Shown: positions 42,259-53,640 of the stretch, one piece after another
Layout: each line of letters opens with the position of its first letter
How positions within the stretch are numbered: the first letter of the stretch is position 1
From: a bacterium
GTDB taxonomy: Bacteria; UBA8248
Assembly (NCBI GenBank): GCA_965203325.1
Contig: OZ241875.1
Coordinates: 3,584,001-3,648,000 of the forward strand
Direction: 5' to 3'
Length of the DNA stretch: 64,000 nucleotides
The notes under the pieces: model-generated
The model's input: only the letters and a program-made list of their open reading frames with translations
What the model was told of the DNA's origin: nothing
Databases searched by the model: none
Program-made: the position numbers and the translations under genes

Positions 42259-42288
42259 TTGACACTGTCGGCGGCATGGCCCTATCGT
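42259..42288 (+). promoter_or_regulatory. sigma70-like promoter of tRNA-Gly
   Basis: TTGACA-18 bp-TATCGT about 10 nt before the tRNA. Confidence 0.5.
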
Positions 42289-42298
42289 TCGTATGTAG

Positions 42299-42373
<75 letters not shown>

Positions 42374-42427
42374 TTCATCGAGCCGGGCGGAAGCCGGCGT
42401 TTCCCTCGCATCCAGGAATCCGTGTCG

Positions 42428-43303
42428 ATGGCGCATGACTTTCATTTCAACGGCCTCTCTCCCGATGAAAAGGTCGTGGAGCTTCATACCCATTCGAATA
42501 TGTCCGATGGGCTGGAGTCTCCCGAGAAACTCATGCACAGGGCGCAACGCGCCGGCATTCGCGCCGTATCGCTTACGGATCACGACACGGTTGCGGGCTT
42601 GTCCCGCGCGGGCGCGGAGGCGGAAAGACTGGGGATGGAGTTCATTCCGGGCATCGAGTTCACTTGCGACCATGATGGCCGGAGCGTGCACCTGCTCGGC
42701 CATTTCATCCGGCCGGATGCGCCCCGTCTGGCGGCGCAAATAAAAACGCGCGGTTTCGCCAGGGTGGAGAGAATGGGAGAGATGATCGACAGGCTGGGCC
42801 GCTGCGGCCTGCGTTTGGACAAGGAGGATTTTTTCGCCGCCTATGCGGACAGTCCGAGCATCACCCGGGGGCAGTTGGGCGCATACATGCTCGAAAAAGG
42901 GTTCGCCAGATCGCGCGAGGAGGTTTTTGGGAAATATATCGGCGAAAGCGCGTCTTGCTACGTGGAATTGAATACCCTGACTCCGTTTGACGCGCTGGAG
43001 CTCATTCATGACGCCGGTGGAGCCGCCACGCTGGCCCATCCGATGTTGAGCGAGTGTGATGAGCTCATCCCGGTCATGGCAGAAGCGGGACTCGCGGGGG
43101 TCGAGGTGGAACATCCCTCGCAAGACGCGGATGTGCAGCGCCATTACCGGAAAATGGCCGAAGAATACGGGCTTTTGTGCACGGGAGGATCCGATTGTCA
43201 CGGCGTCCCGTACAAACAGGATAGATTGGGGCAATTCTCGCAGCCCTTGCGTTTGTTGCTTGAATTGTCGAAACGGGCGAAAACTCGCCGGGCGGCAACA
43301 TAA
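42428..43303 (+). CDS. PHP-domain phosphoesterase (YciV/TrpH-like)
   Basis: LHTHSNMSDG, LTDHD, GIE, VHLLG, AHP, GGSDCHG. Confidence 0.9.
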   Translation: MAHDFHFNGLSPDEKVVELHTHSNMSDGLESPEKLMHRAQRAGIRAVSLTDHDTVAGLSRAGAEAERLGMEFIPGIEFTCDHDGRSVHLLGHFIRPDAPRLAAQIKTRGFARVERMGEMIDRLGRCGLRLDKEDFFAAYADSPSITRGQLGAYMLEKGFARSREEVFGKYIGESASCYVELNTLTPFDALELIHDAGGAATLAHPMLSECDELIPVMAEAGLAGVEVEHPSQDADVQRHYRKMAEEYGLLCTGGSDCHGVPYKQDRLGQFSQPLRLLLELSKRAKTRRAAT

Positions 43304-43313
43304 GGAAGGCCAC

Positions 43314-44381
43314 ATGGCGCTTCGGGATCAATTCATTCGTCGCTGGCGGCTTCTCAGGGCTCTGGAGAGCGGAGAGAGCTGGTCCTATGAAGAACTCCTG
43401 GCGGTCCTGAGCGAGGAGCCGGCCGAAGGCGACGGCCAGAGGTGGAGCTTGAGAACGCTTCAAAGGGATATTTCGCATTTGGCCAAGGCGGGGTTTCCGC
43501 TGGAGAGGGTTCGCACGGGCCGGAAGATGCGGTATCGTTTGTTGAGGGAATATGTGGATTCGGTTCCGAAGCCGTTTTCACCTTCTCAGTGGGCGTCATT
43601 GTATTACGCCCTGTGCATGATGCGGGATTTGCCGAGCAGCCCATTGAGAGAGCAGTCGCTCGGCGACAGCGTCGGCGGCGTTTTCAGCCGGTTGCGGAGT
43701 TATATTCCTGCGGCTTTGCGCGCCTATGCGGAGGGAGTGGAGCCGCGCTACGCCGGGGTCGTGGGAGCGCTCAGAGAGCACGGGCGGCAGCGTAGGGTAG
43801 GCGGCGTCCTGAGCGAGGCGATAGAGAAGGGAAGACCTGCGCGAATCCTGGCGGCGCGCGCGGGCGAGATTCGGAAACGCTGGTGGAAGGTGGACCCCTA
43901 TCTGTTGCATTTCGACGGAGGAAGCTATCACCTGCTGGCGCGCGAATCCGAGAAAAACGCCCTGGACGTCTGGCACCTGGAGGGTATAGAGAGCGTCCGC
44001 GTCATGGCCGGGGCCTTTCAGATGCCGCTGGACCTGGATTTGAAGGCTTTGCTGGCCGAGTGCTTGCGCGAAGCAGTGAATAATGGTTTGAATGTGAAGG
44101 TCCGGTTCGGGAAGGACGTGTCGCTTCATGCAGTCGTCGCCTTCATGAAAGAAGCGTTCGGTGAAGTGGCGCTTTTGAAGAAATCGGGCAAACCGAGCCG
44201 CGACGTGACGGTTCGGGTAAGTGACATATGGGGTTTCAGGCGATGGCTGATGTCTTTCGGTCAGGAGGCGGAGTTGATGGCCCCGGCCGAATTGCGAGAT
44301 GCGTTCGCTCAGGATCTGGAAGCCGCCTTGAAGAAGTACCGCAAGAGCCGTCGCGGGAAAAAAGCAGCTAATCCGGCCTGA
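43314..44381 (+). CDS. HTH-WYL-WCX transcriptional regulator (divergent)
   Basis: SLRTLQRDISHL..AGFP wHTH, KVDPYLL..SYHLLA WYL-like, WLMSFG.EAELMAP.ELR WCX; AAGGAAGG SD. Confidence 0.8.
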   Translation: MALRDQFIRRWRLLRALESGESWSYEELLAVLSEEPAEGDGQRWSLRTLQRDISHLAKAGFPLERVRTGRKMRYRLLREYVDSVPKPFSPSQWASLYYALCMMRDLPSSPLREQSLGDSVGGVFSRLRSYIPAALRAYAEGVEPRYAGVVGALREHGRQRRVGGVLSEAIEKGRPARILAARAGEIRKRWWKVDPYLLHFDGGSYHLLARESEKNALDVWHLEGIESVRVMAGAFQMPLDLDLKALLAECLREAVNNGLNVKVRFGKDVSLHAVVAFMKEAFGEVALLKKSGKPSRDVTVRVSDIWGFRRWLMSFGQEAELMAPAELRDAFAQDLEAALKKYRKSRRGKKAANPA

Positions 44382-44404
44382 TAAATTGTTGGGGAGGGCC
44401 CGGT

Positions 44405-44686
44405 ATGAGATTGCGAAAAGAGATGATCGAGCGAATCGCCCACAGGATCGTCGAGAGGCTGGTTCGCCGCGAATTGATGTCCGAGGATTCGAACCATGAA
44501 GTGCTTCGGACCCGGATAGCGCACGTCATCGAAGCGGACCTGATGGTGGAAGACCGCTTGAACGACGAGGTCAAGGAAATCCTGCGGGATTTCGAGGAGG
44601 AGATGGACAGGGGCAACGTGGACTACAGCCGGATGTTCACGATGGTGAAAACCAAACTGGCGCGCGAGCGGAATCTCGTGCTTTAG
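44405..44686 (+). CDS. DUF507 family protein
   Basis: MRLRKE.I, EDRLNDEVKEIL, DYSRMFTMVKTKLARER. Confidence 0.8.
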   Translation: MRLRKEMIERIAHRIVERLVRRELMSEDSNHEVLRTRIAHVIEADLMVEDRLNDEVKEILRDFEEEMDRGNVDYSRMFTMVKTKLARERNLVL

Positions 44687-44736
44687 CGGCATGGCGAAGT
44701 TTTTCAGGTCATTCTTATTACAAGGAGAGCGCGGCC

Positions 44737-45012
44737 ATGAAACTCAGCCGCGAGAAGATCAATCATCTGACGAATCTGGTCGTCAAGGATATGGAAGAGT
44801 GCGAGGATGTGGATTTTCTCGTCGAGCCCGAAGAGTTGCGCATGAACGTTCTGCGCGCCATCAGCAACGAGTTGATCATTGATGACGAGATTGAAGAAGA
44901 GGTGCGGAGAATTCTGAGCACCTATTCCAGCAGGCTGGTCGAGGGAAGCCGTGATTGGGAGATACTCTTCAACAAGCACTATGAGCAAGAGGCCAAACGA
45001 CGCGGCATTTGA
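44737..45012 (+). CDS. DUF507 family protein (second paralog)
   Basis: MKLSREKINHL, DDEIEEEVRRIL, EGSRDWEILF. Confidence 0.8.
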   Translation: MKLSREKINHLTNLVVKDMEECEDVDFLVEPEELRMNVLRAISNELIIDDEIEEEVRRILSTYSSRLVEGSRDWEILFNKHYEQEAKRRGI

Positions 45013-45066
45013 TCTCCTCAACCGATGTTCCCGACTTGACGCCTCCCACAAACGGAAAGCGGTGAC

Positions 45067-45672
45067 GTGCGCAAGGTTGGCCTGACCGGGGGAATCGCCA
45101 GCGGAAAATCCACGGTAAGCGGGATGTTCCGGGAGTTGGGCGTCCCGGTTATCGACGCGGACGTCATCGCGCGCGAGGTGGTTGCTCCGGGGTCTCGCGC
45201 TCTCGAGGCGATAGTCGATGCTTTCGGTGAAGAAGTCCTTACCGAAGAGAAGAGCCTGAACCGCGCCCGGCTCGGGGAGATTGTTTTTTCCGACCCGGCG
45301 AAAAAGAAAGTTCTGGAGGGGATACTGCATCCTGAAATCATCGCCGAGCAGGACAGGCGGTTGAAAGGCCTCGAACGGGAGGGGCGGACGCCCGTCGCGA
45401 TCGTGGACGCCGCCGTCATGATCGAGTCGGGGAGTTGGAAGCGGTTCGACTCGCTGGTGGTTGTCGATTGCGATGAATCCCAGCAGATCGGCCGGCTGCG
45501 CCTGCGAAACGGCATGAATGAAGAGGAAGCCGTCAGGCGCGTCAATGCGCAGATGCCGCTGTCTGAAAAGGTGAAGTATGCGGATCACGTGATTGACAAT
45601 CGCGGCTCGATCGATGATACCCGAAAGCAGGTAGAGGAGTTGATGAAATTACTTTCCAGGGGTATGAGATAA
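45067..45672 (+). CDS. coaE: Dephospho-CoA kinase
   Basis: GLTGGIASGKST, IDAD.IAREVV, LHP, QMP, ADHVIDN. Confidence 0.95.
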   Translation: MRKVGLTGGIASGKSTVSGMFRELGVPVIDADVIAREVVAPGSRALEAIVDAFGEEVLTEEKSLNRARLGEIVFSDPAKKKVLEGILHPEIIAEQDRRLKGLEREGRTPVAIVDAAVMIESGSWKRFDSLVVVDCDESQQIGRLRLRNGMNEEEAVRRVNAQMPLSEKVKYADHVIDNRGSIDDTRKQVEELMKLLSRGMR

Positions 45673-45678
45673 AAAGTG

Positions 45679-45707
45679 TTGACAAATTTGTTTGAACTGA
45701 TTATTTT
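45679..45707 (+). promoter_or_regulatory. sigma70-like promoter of rho
   Basis: TTGACA-17 bp-TATTTT, bracketed by inverted repeat AAAGTGTT/AACACTTT. Confidence 0.45.
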
Positions 45708-46114
45708 TTTGAAACACTTTTGAATTCTATTCCTGATACGTTTTCGTCGCCCTGAACTTCAAACACCATCTGATGCGCAACGGTTTGGAAATTTCGATAA
45801 GAGAAAAAATCTGTCTTGGAAATTACGAGGGTACTCAGTCATATTTCTGTCCTCGGAAGAGTATCATTCCGGCAACGGGTTTTGCGCGCGCCCCTGGCCG
45901 GCTCTGAAAGCACCGGATGCGCGCCTCGCATCGCACCCGGCGATGAGAACCCGCTTTTGAATCTGACATGAAGGAATTTCATTACATCAACTTTACCGCT
46001 TGAGGCTAGGAGGAAAAGTCTCCCCGCGCAGAATGTGGCGAGTGGTGCGACCAGAAGGCGCCATCTCACGTTCCAGGCGGTAGAAGGTTCCCACCCAACA
46101 AGGAGAAGGGAGTT

Positions 46115-47407
46115 ATGTCAACACCAGAAACAAAATCTCGCAGCTTGAACCTGGCGGAACTGAAGAAAAAGACCATCGGAGAACTCAACCAGATTCTCAA
46201 GGAGTTCAACTCCGAAAGCGCCAGCGGACTCAGAAAACAGGATCTGATTTACAAGATACTCGAGGCGCAGTCCGACAAGGATCGCAACGGCGGTGGTGGA
46301 ACCATCACCGGAGAGGGCGTGCTCGAGATTTTGCCGGACGGGTTCGGGTTCCTGCGTTCGCCCGCATACAACTATCTGCCCGGCCCCGACGATATTTACG
46401 TTTCCCCGAGCCAGATCCGCCGCTTCGATCTCCGCACCGGCGATACGGTGAGCGGTGAAATCCGCCAGCCGAAAGAGGGGGAGCGGTATTTCGCGCTCTT
46501 GAAGGTCGAGAAGATCAATTTCGAACCACCCGAGGCGAGCAAGGACAAAGTCCTGTTCGATAACCTCACCCCCTTGTACCCGGACCGCAGGATAGGGCTC
46601 GAAATTTCCGGCGAGGAGGTGAGTTCGCGCGTGCTGGACCTCATGACGCCGATCGGCTTCGGGCAGCGCGGCCTCATCGTCGCCGCGCCCAGAACCGGCA
46701 AGACGATGATGCTTCAGTCCATCGCGAAGAGCATCGCCACCAATCACCCCGACGTGCATCTCATCGTTTTGCTCATCGACGAGCGTCCCGAGGAAGTCAC
46801 GGACATGGAGCGCTCCGTGCGCGGTGAGGTGATCAGCTCGACCTTCGACGAGCCCGCTTCCCGCCACGTGCAGGTGGCGGACATGGTGATCGAAAAGGCG
46901 AAGAGGCTCACCGAGCACAAACAGGACGTCGTCATCCTGCTCGATTCCATCACGCGGCTGGCGCGCGCGCACAACACCATCATCTCGCCGAGCGGGAAGG
47001 TTCTCTCCGGCGGCGTGGACTCGAACGCGCTCCAGCGGCCCAAGCGCTTCTTCGGCGCGGCGCGCAACCTGGAGGAAGGCGGCAGCCTCACCATTCTCGC
47101 CACGGCTCTGGTAGAGACGGGCAGCCGGATGGACGACGTGATTTTCGAGGAGTTCAAGGGTACGGGCAACATGGAAGTGCACCTCGACAGGAAACTCTCC
47201 GACAAGCGCGTGTTCCCCTCGGTCGACATCAACAAGTCCGGCACGAGAAAAGAGGAATTGCTGCTCAGCCCGCAGGAGCTCAACCGCGTCTGGGTGTTGC
47301 GCAAGGTCTTGCAGCCGCTTGGCGTGGTGGATTCGATGGAACTCCTGCTCGAGAAAATCCAGGAGACGAAGACCAACGAAGATTTCCTCGCTTCGATGAA
47401 CAACTAG
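46115..47407 (+). CDS. rho: Transcription termination factor Rho
   Basis: [53 protein letters not shown]. Confidence 0.98.
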   Translation: MSTPETKSRSLNLAELKKKTIGELNQILKEFNSESASGLRKQDLIYKILEAQSDKDRNGGGGTITGEGVLEILPDGFGFLRSPAYNYLPGPDDIYVSPSQIRRFDLRTGDTVSGEIRQPKEGERYFALLKVEKINFEPPEASKDKVLFDNLTPLYPDRRIGLEISGEEVSSRVLDLMTPIGFGQRGLIVAAPRTGKTMMLQSIAKSIATNHPDVHLIVLLIDERPEEVTDMERSVRGEVISSTFDEPASRHVQVADMVIEKAKRLTEHKQDVVILLDSITRLARAHNTIISPSGKVLSGGVDSNALQRPKRFFGAARNLEEGGSLTILATALVETGSRMDDVIFEEFKGTGNMEVHLDRKLSDKRVFPSVDINKSGTRKEELLLSPQELNRVWVLRKVLQPLGVVDSMELLLEKIQETKTNEDFLASMNN

Positions 47408-47438
47408 CCAACTTCTTGTTTTCACCCGATTTGAGGGG

Positions 47439-47491
47439 TAGACAAGGAGCGGGCGTTTCGATATAAAGCGCTCTCTCCGAAGAGGAGAGAG
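47439..47491 (+). promoter_or_regulatory. rpmE promoter and 5' hairpin
   Basis: TAGACA-17 bp-TATAAA followed by CTCTCTCC-GAAGA-GGAGAGAG hairpin. Confidence 0.5.
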
Positions 47492-47559
47492 GCCGGTTTT
47501 TATCGGAATTTACGGAATCGTTTTCTACGTTTCACCCTGAAATTTTGGAGCGCCCGGTT

Positions 47560-48186
47560 ATGAAGGCCGAGATTCATCCCGAGTTGTTCGAGTGCAGCGT
47601 CTTCTGCAGTGGTTGCGGCGTCGCGTTCACCACGTTCACCACGCGCAAGGAAATCCGCGTGGAGATCTGCTCGCAGTGCCACCCGTTCTTCACGGGAAAA
47701 CAGGCGCGCATCGTCGATACCGAAGGCCGCGTGGAGAAGTTCGTCAAGAAGTTCGAGGGTAAGGAGACGCGCGTCTCCAAGCGCAAGCGTAAACACGCCG
47801 CCGCCGAGGCGGAGCGCGCGGCCCGGCTGGAGCGCGAGGCGAAGCAGGCCGCCGAGAAAGCGGAGGAGGAGAAAAAGCTCCGCGAAGAGGCCCGCAAGAA
47901 GCGCGCCGAGGAGCGCGCCGCGAGACAAGCCGCCCAGGCGGCGAAAGAGCAATCCGCCGAGGCCGAAGCTCTCGCCTCCGGGGATGCCGCGCCCGCACCC
48001 GAACCGAGCGATGCTGAGACGGCTTCACCGGAGCCTGAGTCCACCGATGCCGTGTCCGCCGCCTCCGAGGATGCCGCGCCAGAACCTGCACCGGCCGAGA
48101 CTGTCGCCGCTGTGGACGACGCTTCAGCCGAAGCGTCGCCTGCGCCCGAACCTTCCGGAGAAGCCGAGAAGCCCGAGGATTCATAA
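47560..48186 (+). CDS. rpmE: 50S ribosomal protein L31 with long C-terminal extension
   Basis: [36 protein letters not shown]. Confidence 0.92.
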   Translation: MKAEIHPELFECSVFCSGCGVAFTTFTTRKEIRVEICSQCHPFFTGKQARIVDTEGRVEKFVKKFEGKETRVSKRKRKHAAAEAERAARLEREAKQAAEKAEEEKKLREEARKKRAEERAARQAAQAAKEQSAEAEALASGDAAPAPEPSDAETASPEPESTDAVSAASEDAAPEPAPAETVAAVDDASAEASPAPEPSGEAEKPEDS

Positions 48187-48307
48187 GGGCGGAGCCACCC
48201 GTGTTTGCCTGGGGGCCGCCCTGGGCGGTGGTTCCTCGGCAAACGCGAATTCGTGGCCCTGAGGACTGTTCCGGGCCACCTCATTCGCTGCCCGTCGGTT
48301 AATCCCC

Positions 48308-49399
48308 ATGTTCGAAAAAATCGAGCAGATCATCGAAAAGCACCGGACGCTGGAGATGCGCCTCTCGGACCCGGCCCTGCTCAAGGACCGCAAGAAATTC
48401 GAGCAGACCGCCCGCGAGCACAAGGAACTCACCCAGGTCGTCCAGGCCTATGCGGAATGGCGCGGCTACGAAAACGCCGTCGAGGAGGCGAAGACGCTTC
48501 TCGAAGACGGGGATCCTGAGATGAACGAACTCGCGCAGGCGGAACTCGAAGACGCGGGCGCGAAGCGCGAAGAGGTGGAGGAGCGGCTGCGCCGGCTGTT
48601 GCTTCCCAAAGACCCGAACGATGAGAAAAACGTCATCCTCGAAGTCCGCGCGGGCACGGGCGGCCAGGAGGCCGCGCTCTTCGCCGGCGATCTGTACCGC
48701 ATGTACGCCCGTTACGCCGAACTCCAGGGCTGGGGGGTGGAGGAGTTGAGCAAGAGCGAGAGCGACTTAGGGGGCCTCAAGGAGGTATCCGCGCTCATCA
48801 AGGGCGCGGGCGCCTACAGCCGCCTGCGCTATGAGAGCGGGACGCATCGCGTCCAAAGGGTGCCCGTCACCGAGACGCAGGGCCGAATCCACACCTCCGC
48901 CGCCACGGTGGCCGTGCTGCCCGAGGCGGATGAGATTGCGCTCGACATCGGAGAGAAGGACTTGCGGATCGACGTCTACCGCTCCTCGGGCCCGGGGGGC
49001 CAGAGCGTGAACACGACCGATTCCGCTGTCCGCATCACCCATGTGCCCACCGGCCTCGTCGTCACCTGTCAGGACGAGAAGAGCCAGCACAAAAACCGCG
49101 CCAAGGCGATGAAGATACTCTCGGCGCATCTGCTGGACATGGAAATCCAGAAGCAAATGTCCGAGCGTTCCGCGCACCGCAAAAGCCTCGTGGGGAGTGG
49201 GGACAGAAGCGAGCGTATCAGGACCTACAATTTCCCCCAGGACAGGATCACCGATCACCGCATCGGCCTCACCCTCCACGGCCTCCCCGGCTTCATGGAG
49301 GGCGGCATCGACGATATGGTCAAGCGGGTGATAGAGAGCCGCGAGGCGGAGCGTCTGGCCGAACTGGAAGAAAGCACGCAAGCCCACTCCGCAGAATGA
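48308..49399 (+). CDS. prfA: Peptide chain release factor 1
   Basis: PVT specificity motif, [17 protein letters not shown]. Confidence 0.97.
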   Translation: MFEKIEQIIEKHRTLEMRLSDPALLKDRKKFEQTAREHKELTQVVQAYAEWRGYENAVEEAKTLLEDGDPEMNELAQAELEDAGAKREEVEERLRRLLLPKDPNDEKNVILEVRAGTGGQEAALFAGDLYRMYARYAELQGWGVEELSKSESDLGGLKEVSALIKGAGAYSRLRYESGTHRVQRVPVTETQGRIHTSAATVAVLPEADEIALDIGEKDLRIDVYRSSGPGGQSVNTTDSAVRITHVPTGLVVTCQDEKSQHKNRAKAMKILSAHLLDMEIQKQMSERSAHRKSLVGSGDRSERIRTYNFPQDRITDHRIGLTLHGLPGFMEGGIDDMVKRVIESREAERLAELEESTQAHSAE

Positions 49400-50286
49400 C
49401 GACTTCTCCTCCTGCGGCGCAAAGCGAATCAGAATCTAAAGTGTGCGCTCTGCTCTCCCGTCTGGAGAAGCGGTTCGCAGACGCTGGCGTGGACTCGCCG
49501 GGGCTGGATGCGCGGCTCATCCTGGCGATGGTATTAGGCTGCGACAGGGTGCATCTCCACGCTTATCCTGAAAAGGTGGTGCCTCACGAGGCGCTCGCGA
49601 AGGCCGAGGCCCTGGCGCGGAGAAGAGAGGCCCGCGAGCCGATGGCCTATATATTGGGCGAGCGGGAGTTCTGGTCCATGTCTTTTTCCGTTTCACCGGA
49701 CGTGCTGATTCCCAGGCCCGAATCCGAGCTGCTCGTCGAGCGCGCCGTGGCGCTTTTAAGAGAGAAGGGAGAGAGCAGGATACTCGACGTAGGATGCGGC
49801 AGCGGTGCGGTGGGTCTGGCGGTCGCGAGTGAATTGACTGAGGCGCACGTCACCCTGCTCGACCTCTGCCCGAAGGCGCTCGAAGTGGCGAGGCGAAACG
49901 CCGAAAAATTCGGTTTGAACGGCCGAACGAGACTCGTGGCTTCGGATTTGTTTCAGGAGCTCGCCGAGGGAGAGGAATTCGACCTCATCGTCTCGAACCC
50001 GCCCTATGTGGCCACGGGCGAACTGGACGGCTTGATGCCGGAAATTTCATCGTTCGAGCCGCGAATCGCGCTGGACGGCGGCGCGGACGGGATGGACCTC
50101 ATCCGGTGCATCATCGAGAAGGCGCCCGCATATCTCGCGCACGGGGGTTCGTTGCTGATCGAGATGGACCCGCGCCAGATGGCCGAGGCGGAGGATTTCT
50201 CGCAGAGGCGGGGGAATTTTCACGCAACGAGACGCCATAAAGACCTCGCAGGGCGCGAGAGGGTTTTGGAACTTCAGGGGGCTTAG
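49396..50286 (+). CDS. prmC: Release factor glutamine methyltransferase
   Basis: [34 protein letters not shown]. Confidence 0.95.
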   Translation: MTTSPPAAQSESESKVCALLSRLEKRFADAGVDSPGLDARLILAMVLGCDRVHLHAYPEKVVPHEALAKAEALARRREAREPMAYILGEREFWSMSFSVSPDVLIPRPESELLVERAVALLREKGESRILDVGCGSGAVGLAVASELTEAHVTLLDLCPKALEVARRNAEKFGLNGRTRLVASDLFQELAEGEEFDLIVSNPPYVATGELDGLMPEISSFEPRIALDGGADGMDLIRCIIEKAPAYLAHGGSLLIEMDPRQMAEAEDFSQRRGNFHATRRHKDLAGRERVLELQGA

Positions 50287-50289
50287 GTT

Positions 50290-51549
50290 GTGGAGCGATT
50301 TCGAATCCGGGGAGGCAGGCCGCTGCGCGGCGAGACCGAGGCGTCGGGCTCCAAGAACGCTTCCTTGCCGATTCTGGCCGCCGCCATCCTGGCCGATGGC
50401 GTCAGCCATGCGCGGCGCGTGCCGGACTTGCGCGATACGAACACGATTCTGGGGCTTCTGGGCGAATTCGGCGTAAAGACGCGCGAAGAATCGCCCGGGC
50501 GCATCACCCTGGACGCCACGAACATCACCGGCGGCGTCGCGCCCTATGAGCTGGTGCAGGCGATGCGGGCCTCCATACTGGTGCTGGGGCCGTTGCTGGC
50601 GCGCTTCGGCTCGGCCCGGGTCTCCCTGCCGGGCGGCTGCGCCATCGGGGCGAGACCCATCGATCAACACCTGAAGGGCCTGAGCGCGATGGGGGCGGAG
50701 ATCGGGATAGAACAAGGCTACATCGAAGCCGGGGCGCGGAAACTCACCGGCGCGCGCATCTCGTTCGACCTCACGACGGTGACGGGGACGAAGAACCTGA
50801 TGATGGCGGCCTCTCTGGCGGAAGGAGTCACAGTGCTTGAGAATGCCGCTTTGGAGCCCGAGGTGGTCGCGCTCGCGGATTTGTTGAACCAGATGGGCGC
50901 CAGGGTCAGCGGCGCGGGCACGCCCGTTATCGAGATCGAAGGGGTGGATTCCCTCGCGGGCTACGACGTGGCCGTTCCCGCGGACCGCATCGAGGTGGGA
51001 ACCCTCATGATTGCCGCGGCCATCACGGGAGGGGATTTGAGGATAACGGATTGTGAGCCGGAGCAAGTGCACGCTCTGGCGCTCAAGCTGAGCGAGGCCG
51101 GCCTGGAAGTTTCAGAGGGCGCGGACTGGATTCGCGTGCAAGGCGACGGCTCCGTGCGGCCCGTGAACGTCAAGACGGCGCCCTATCCGGGATTCCCCAC
51201 GGATCTGCAGGCCCAGTTCATGGCGCTGATGACGCTGGCGGGCGGAACCTGCGTGCTTACGGAGACCATCTTTGAGAACCGCTTCATGCACGCCGCCGAG
51301 CTTGCCAGAATGAACGCGCGGATTCATATCGACGGCCGGACGGCGCACATCGATGGCGTGGCGCATCTCGCCGGCGCCTCGGTGACGGCGACCGACTTGC
51401 GGGCGAGCGCATCGCTTGTTCTGGCGGGTCTGGCGGCGGATGGAGAAACCGTCGTTCGCAACGTATATCATATCGACAGGGGATATCAGCGGCTCGAAGA
51501 GAGGTTGAGAGAACTCGGCGCGGATATCCGGCGCGAAGTGGAGTCGTGA
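50290..51549 (+). CDS. murA: UDP-N-acetylglucosamine 1-carboxyvinyltransferase
   Basis: [35 protein letters not shown]. Confidence 0.97.
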   Translation: MERFRIRGGRPLRGETEASGSKNASLPILAAAILADGVSHARRVPDLRDTNTILGLLGEFGVKTREESPGRITLDATNITGGVAPYELVQAMRASILVLGPLLARFGSARVSLPGGCAIGARPIDQHLKGLSAMGAEIGIEQGYIEAGARKLTGARISFDLTTVTGTKNLMMAASLAEGVTVLENAALEPEVVALADLLNQMGARVSGAGTPVIEIEGVDSLAGYDVAVPADRIEVGTLMIAAAITGGDLRITDCEPEQVHALALKLSEAGLEVSEGADWIRVQGDGSVRPVNVKTAPYPGFPTDLQAQFMALMTLAGGTCVLTETIFENRFMHAAELARMNARIHIDGRTAHIDGVAHLAGASVTATDLRASASLVLAGLAADGETVVRNVYHIDRGYQRLEERLRELGADIRREVES

Positions 51550-52256
51550 TGAAAGAGAATCGGGAAAAAGAATTGATCATCGCCCTGCCCAAGGGAAGAA
51601 TTTTCACAGAGGCGACCGAGTGTCTGGTGAAGGCGGGCGTATTGTCCAAACCGATATCGGACAAATCCCGCAAGCTCATCCTGCGCGACCCGAAAACGGG
51701 AATACGGGTCCTGATTCTCAGGAACCACGACGTGCCCATCTACGTGGAGCGCGGGGCCGCCGATTTGGGTGTCATCGGGCGCGACGTATTGCTCGAACAG
51801 GGGCGCGACGTATATGAACCCTTGGACTTGAAGGTGGCGCCGTGCCGCCTCATGGTGGCGGCGCCCGAGGGCATCACCTGGAAAGATTTGACCGGACGAA
51901 TCTCGCTGCGCGTGGCGACGAAGTTTCCCGCCATCACCACCCGGTTTTTCGAGCGGATGGGGGTTCAGGCCAAGATCATCCGGCTTTACGGCAACGTGGA
52001 AATCGCCCCCGCCACCGGGGTGGCGGACCTGGTTGTGGATCTGGTCGACACCGGCGGGACGCTGCGGGCCAACGGGCTGGCGCCGATTCGCGAGATATTC
52101 AGCGCGACCGCCAGGCTCATCGCCAACCGTGCGAGCTTGAAGACGAACTACAAGAAGGTGAGCGCGATCATCGAACAGTTGAAGGGGGTGATCCCCACAG
52201 CCCAAAGCCGATCCGGTAACGGCGCGGGGTCTGCGTCCGGCGAGGAGAAGGCGTGA
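51546..52256 (+). CDS. hisG: ATP phosphoribosyltransferase, short form
   Basis: IALPKGR, DVP.YVE.G.ADLG, VATKF, GNVE.AP, VDTGGTLRANGL; no C-terminal regulatory domain. Confidence 0.93.
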   Translation: MMKENREKELIIALPKGRIFTEATECLVKAGVLSKPISDKSRKLILRDPKTGIRVLILRNHDVPIYVERGAADLGVIGRDVLLEQGRDVYEPLDLKVAPCRLMVAAPEGITWKDLTGRISLRVATKFPAITTRFFERMGVQAKIIRLYGNVEIAPATGVADLVVDLVDTGGTLRANGLAPIREIFSATARLIANRASLKTNYKKVSAIIEQLKGVIPTAQSRSGNGAGSASGEEKA

Positions 52257-53548
52257 GACGCTTCAGCTACGGGGCGGAGAATTTCGCCGCCGAAATCGAG
52301 CGCCTCTCCCTGAGCGGGGAGGATGCGTTTTCCCGCGTCGAGGCGGACGTGCGCGCGATCATCGAGCGCGTGCGAAATGAAGGCGATGACGCGCTTATCG
52401 CACTGACGCAGGCGTTCGACGGCGTTTCCCTGGACGCCGGGAGCCTCGTCGTAGGTCAAGAGGAGATGGCGCGCGCGCTCGATGCGCTGCCGTCCGAAAC
52501 GCTGGACGCCCTGAAGCTCGCCGAGGAGCGGATTCGCGCATTTCACGAGGCGCAGGTTCCTCAGGCGATCGCGACCGGGCAGACACCCGGCGAGCGGCTT
52601 ACGCTCGAACCCACTGCCCTCAAAAGCGTGGGCCTCTATGCGCCCGGCGGCACGGCGGCCTATCCCTCGACAGTGCTCATGAACGCGACTCCCGCGCGCG
52701 CCGCGGGCGTGGACGAGTTGGTTCTGTGCACGCCGCCGGGCCCGGACGGCGAGGTACCCGCCGCCGTGCTGGCGTCGGCTTCCCTGGCGGGTCTTAAGCG
52801 CGTCGTGCGCGTCGGCGGGGCGCAGGCGGTCGCCGCCATGGCGTATGGCACCAAGAGCGTTCCCCGCGTGGACAAGATAGTGGGGCCGGGCAACGTGTAC
52901 GTCGCCGCCGCCAAGCGCATCGTTCGTGGGCGCGTGGAAATCGATAAAGAGGCCGGGCCGAGCGAGGTGGTCGTGCTCATCGACGATACGGCCTTGGCCG
53001 AATGGGCGGCGGCGGACCTGCTCGCCCAAGCCGAGCACGACTCACAGGCGATGGCGGTAGGCGTCTGCGTGGGAGCGGACGTGGCCGACGCCCTGGAGCG
53101 GGAAGTGGAGAGTCAGTTGCGCTCCGCTACGAGGAGCGGGGAGATAGCGCAGGCATTGGAGAATCGAGGCGCCATCATCGAGGCGGCATCGCGCGAGGAG
53201 GCGCTGGAAGTGGCGGAGATGCTCGCGCCCGAGCACCTGGAGATTTTGATGGAGCGGGCCGAAGAGGCGGCCGGGGGGATTCGCAATGCCGGGGCGGTAT
53301 TCTGCGGGCCGTGGAGTCCGGTTGCCCTGGGCGATTACGTCGCAGGCCCCAACCACGTGCTTCCCACCGGGGGGGCGGCGCGCTTCGCCTCGCCGCTCGG
53401 CGTGTATGACTTCATCAAGTGGACGAGCAAGGTGTATTTCGATGAAGATGCCGCCGCGCGGCTGGCCGAACCCGCGGCGCGGCTCGCCGATCTCGAGGGC
53501 CTGCCCGCGCACGCGCGGGCCTTGCGCTTGAGGCGCGGCGCATCCTGA
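52253..53548 (+). CDS. hisD: Histidinol dehydrogenase
   Basis: GLYAPGG.AAYPS, GGAQA, GPGN.YV, AGPSE, QAEH, APEHLE, GPNHVLPT. Confidence 0.95.
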   Translation: MRRFSYGAENFAAEIERLSLSGEDAFSRVEADVRAIIERVRNEGDDALIALTQAFDGVSLDAGSLVVGQEEMARALDALPSETLDALKLAEERIRAFHEAQVPQAIATGQTPGERLTLEPTALKSVGLYAPGGTAAYPSTVLMNATPARAAGVDELVLCTPPGPDGEVPAAVLASASLAGLKRVVRVGGAQAVAAMAYGTKSVPRVDKIVGPGNVYVAAAKRIVRGRVEIDKEAGPSEVVVLIDDTALAEWAAADLLAQAEHDSQAMAVGVCVGADVADALEREVESQLRSATRSGEIAQALENRGAIIEAASREEALEVAEMLAPEHLEILMERAEEAAGGIRNAGAVFCGPWSPVALGDYVAGPNHVLPTGGAARFASPLGVYDFIKWTSKVYFDEDAAARLAEPAARLADLEGLPAHARALRLRRGAS

Positions 53549-53640
53549 GGGGACGCTGGCGGGGCGCGTTCGGATCAAGCATAATCGCACTGCCGTAAGG
53601 CGGCGTTTAACGGAAATTTTCATCCGCCGGGAGAGAGAAG

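Noticed and set aside
46118..47425. 435-aa - strand ORF
   Set aside because: Antisense shadow of rho
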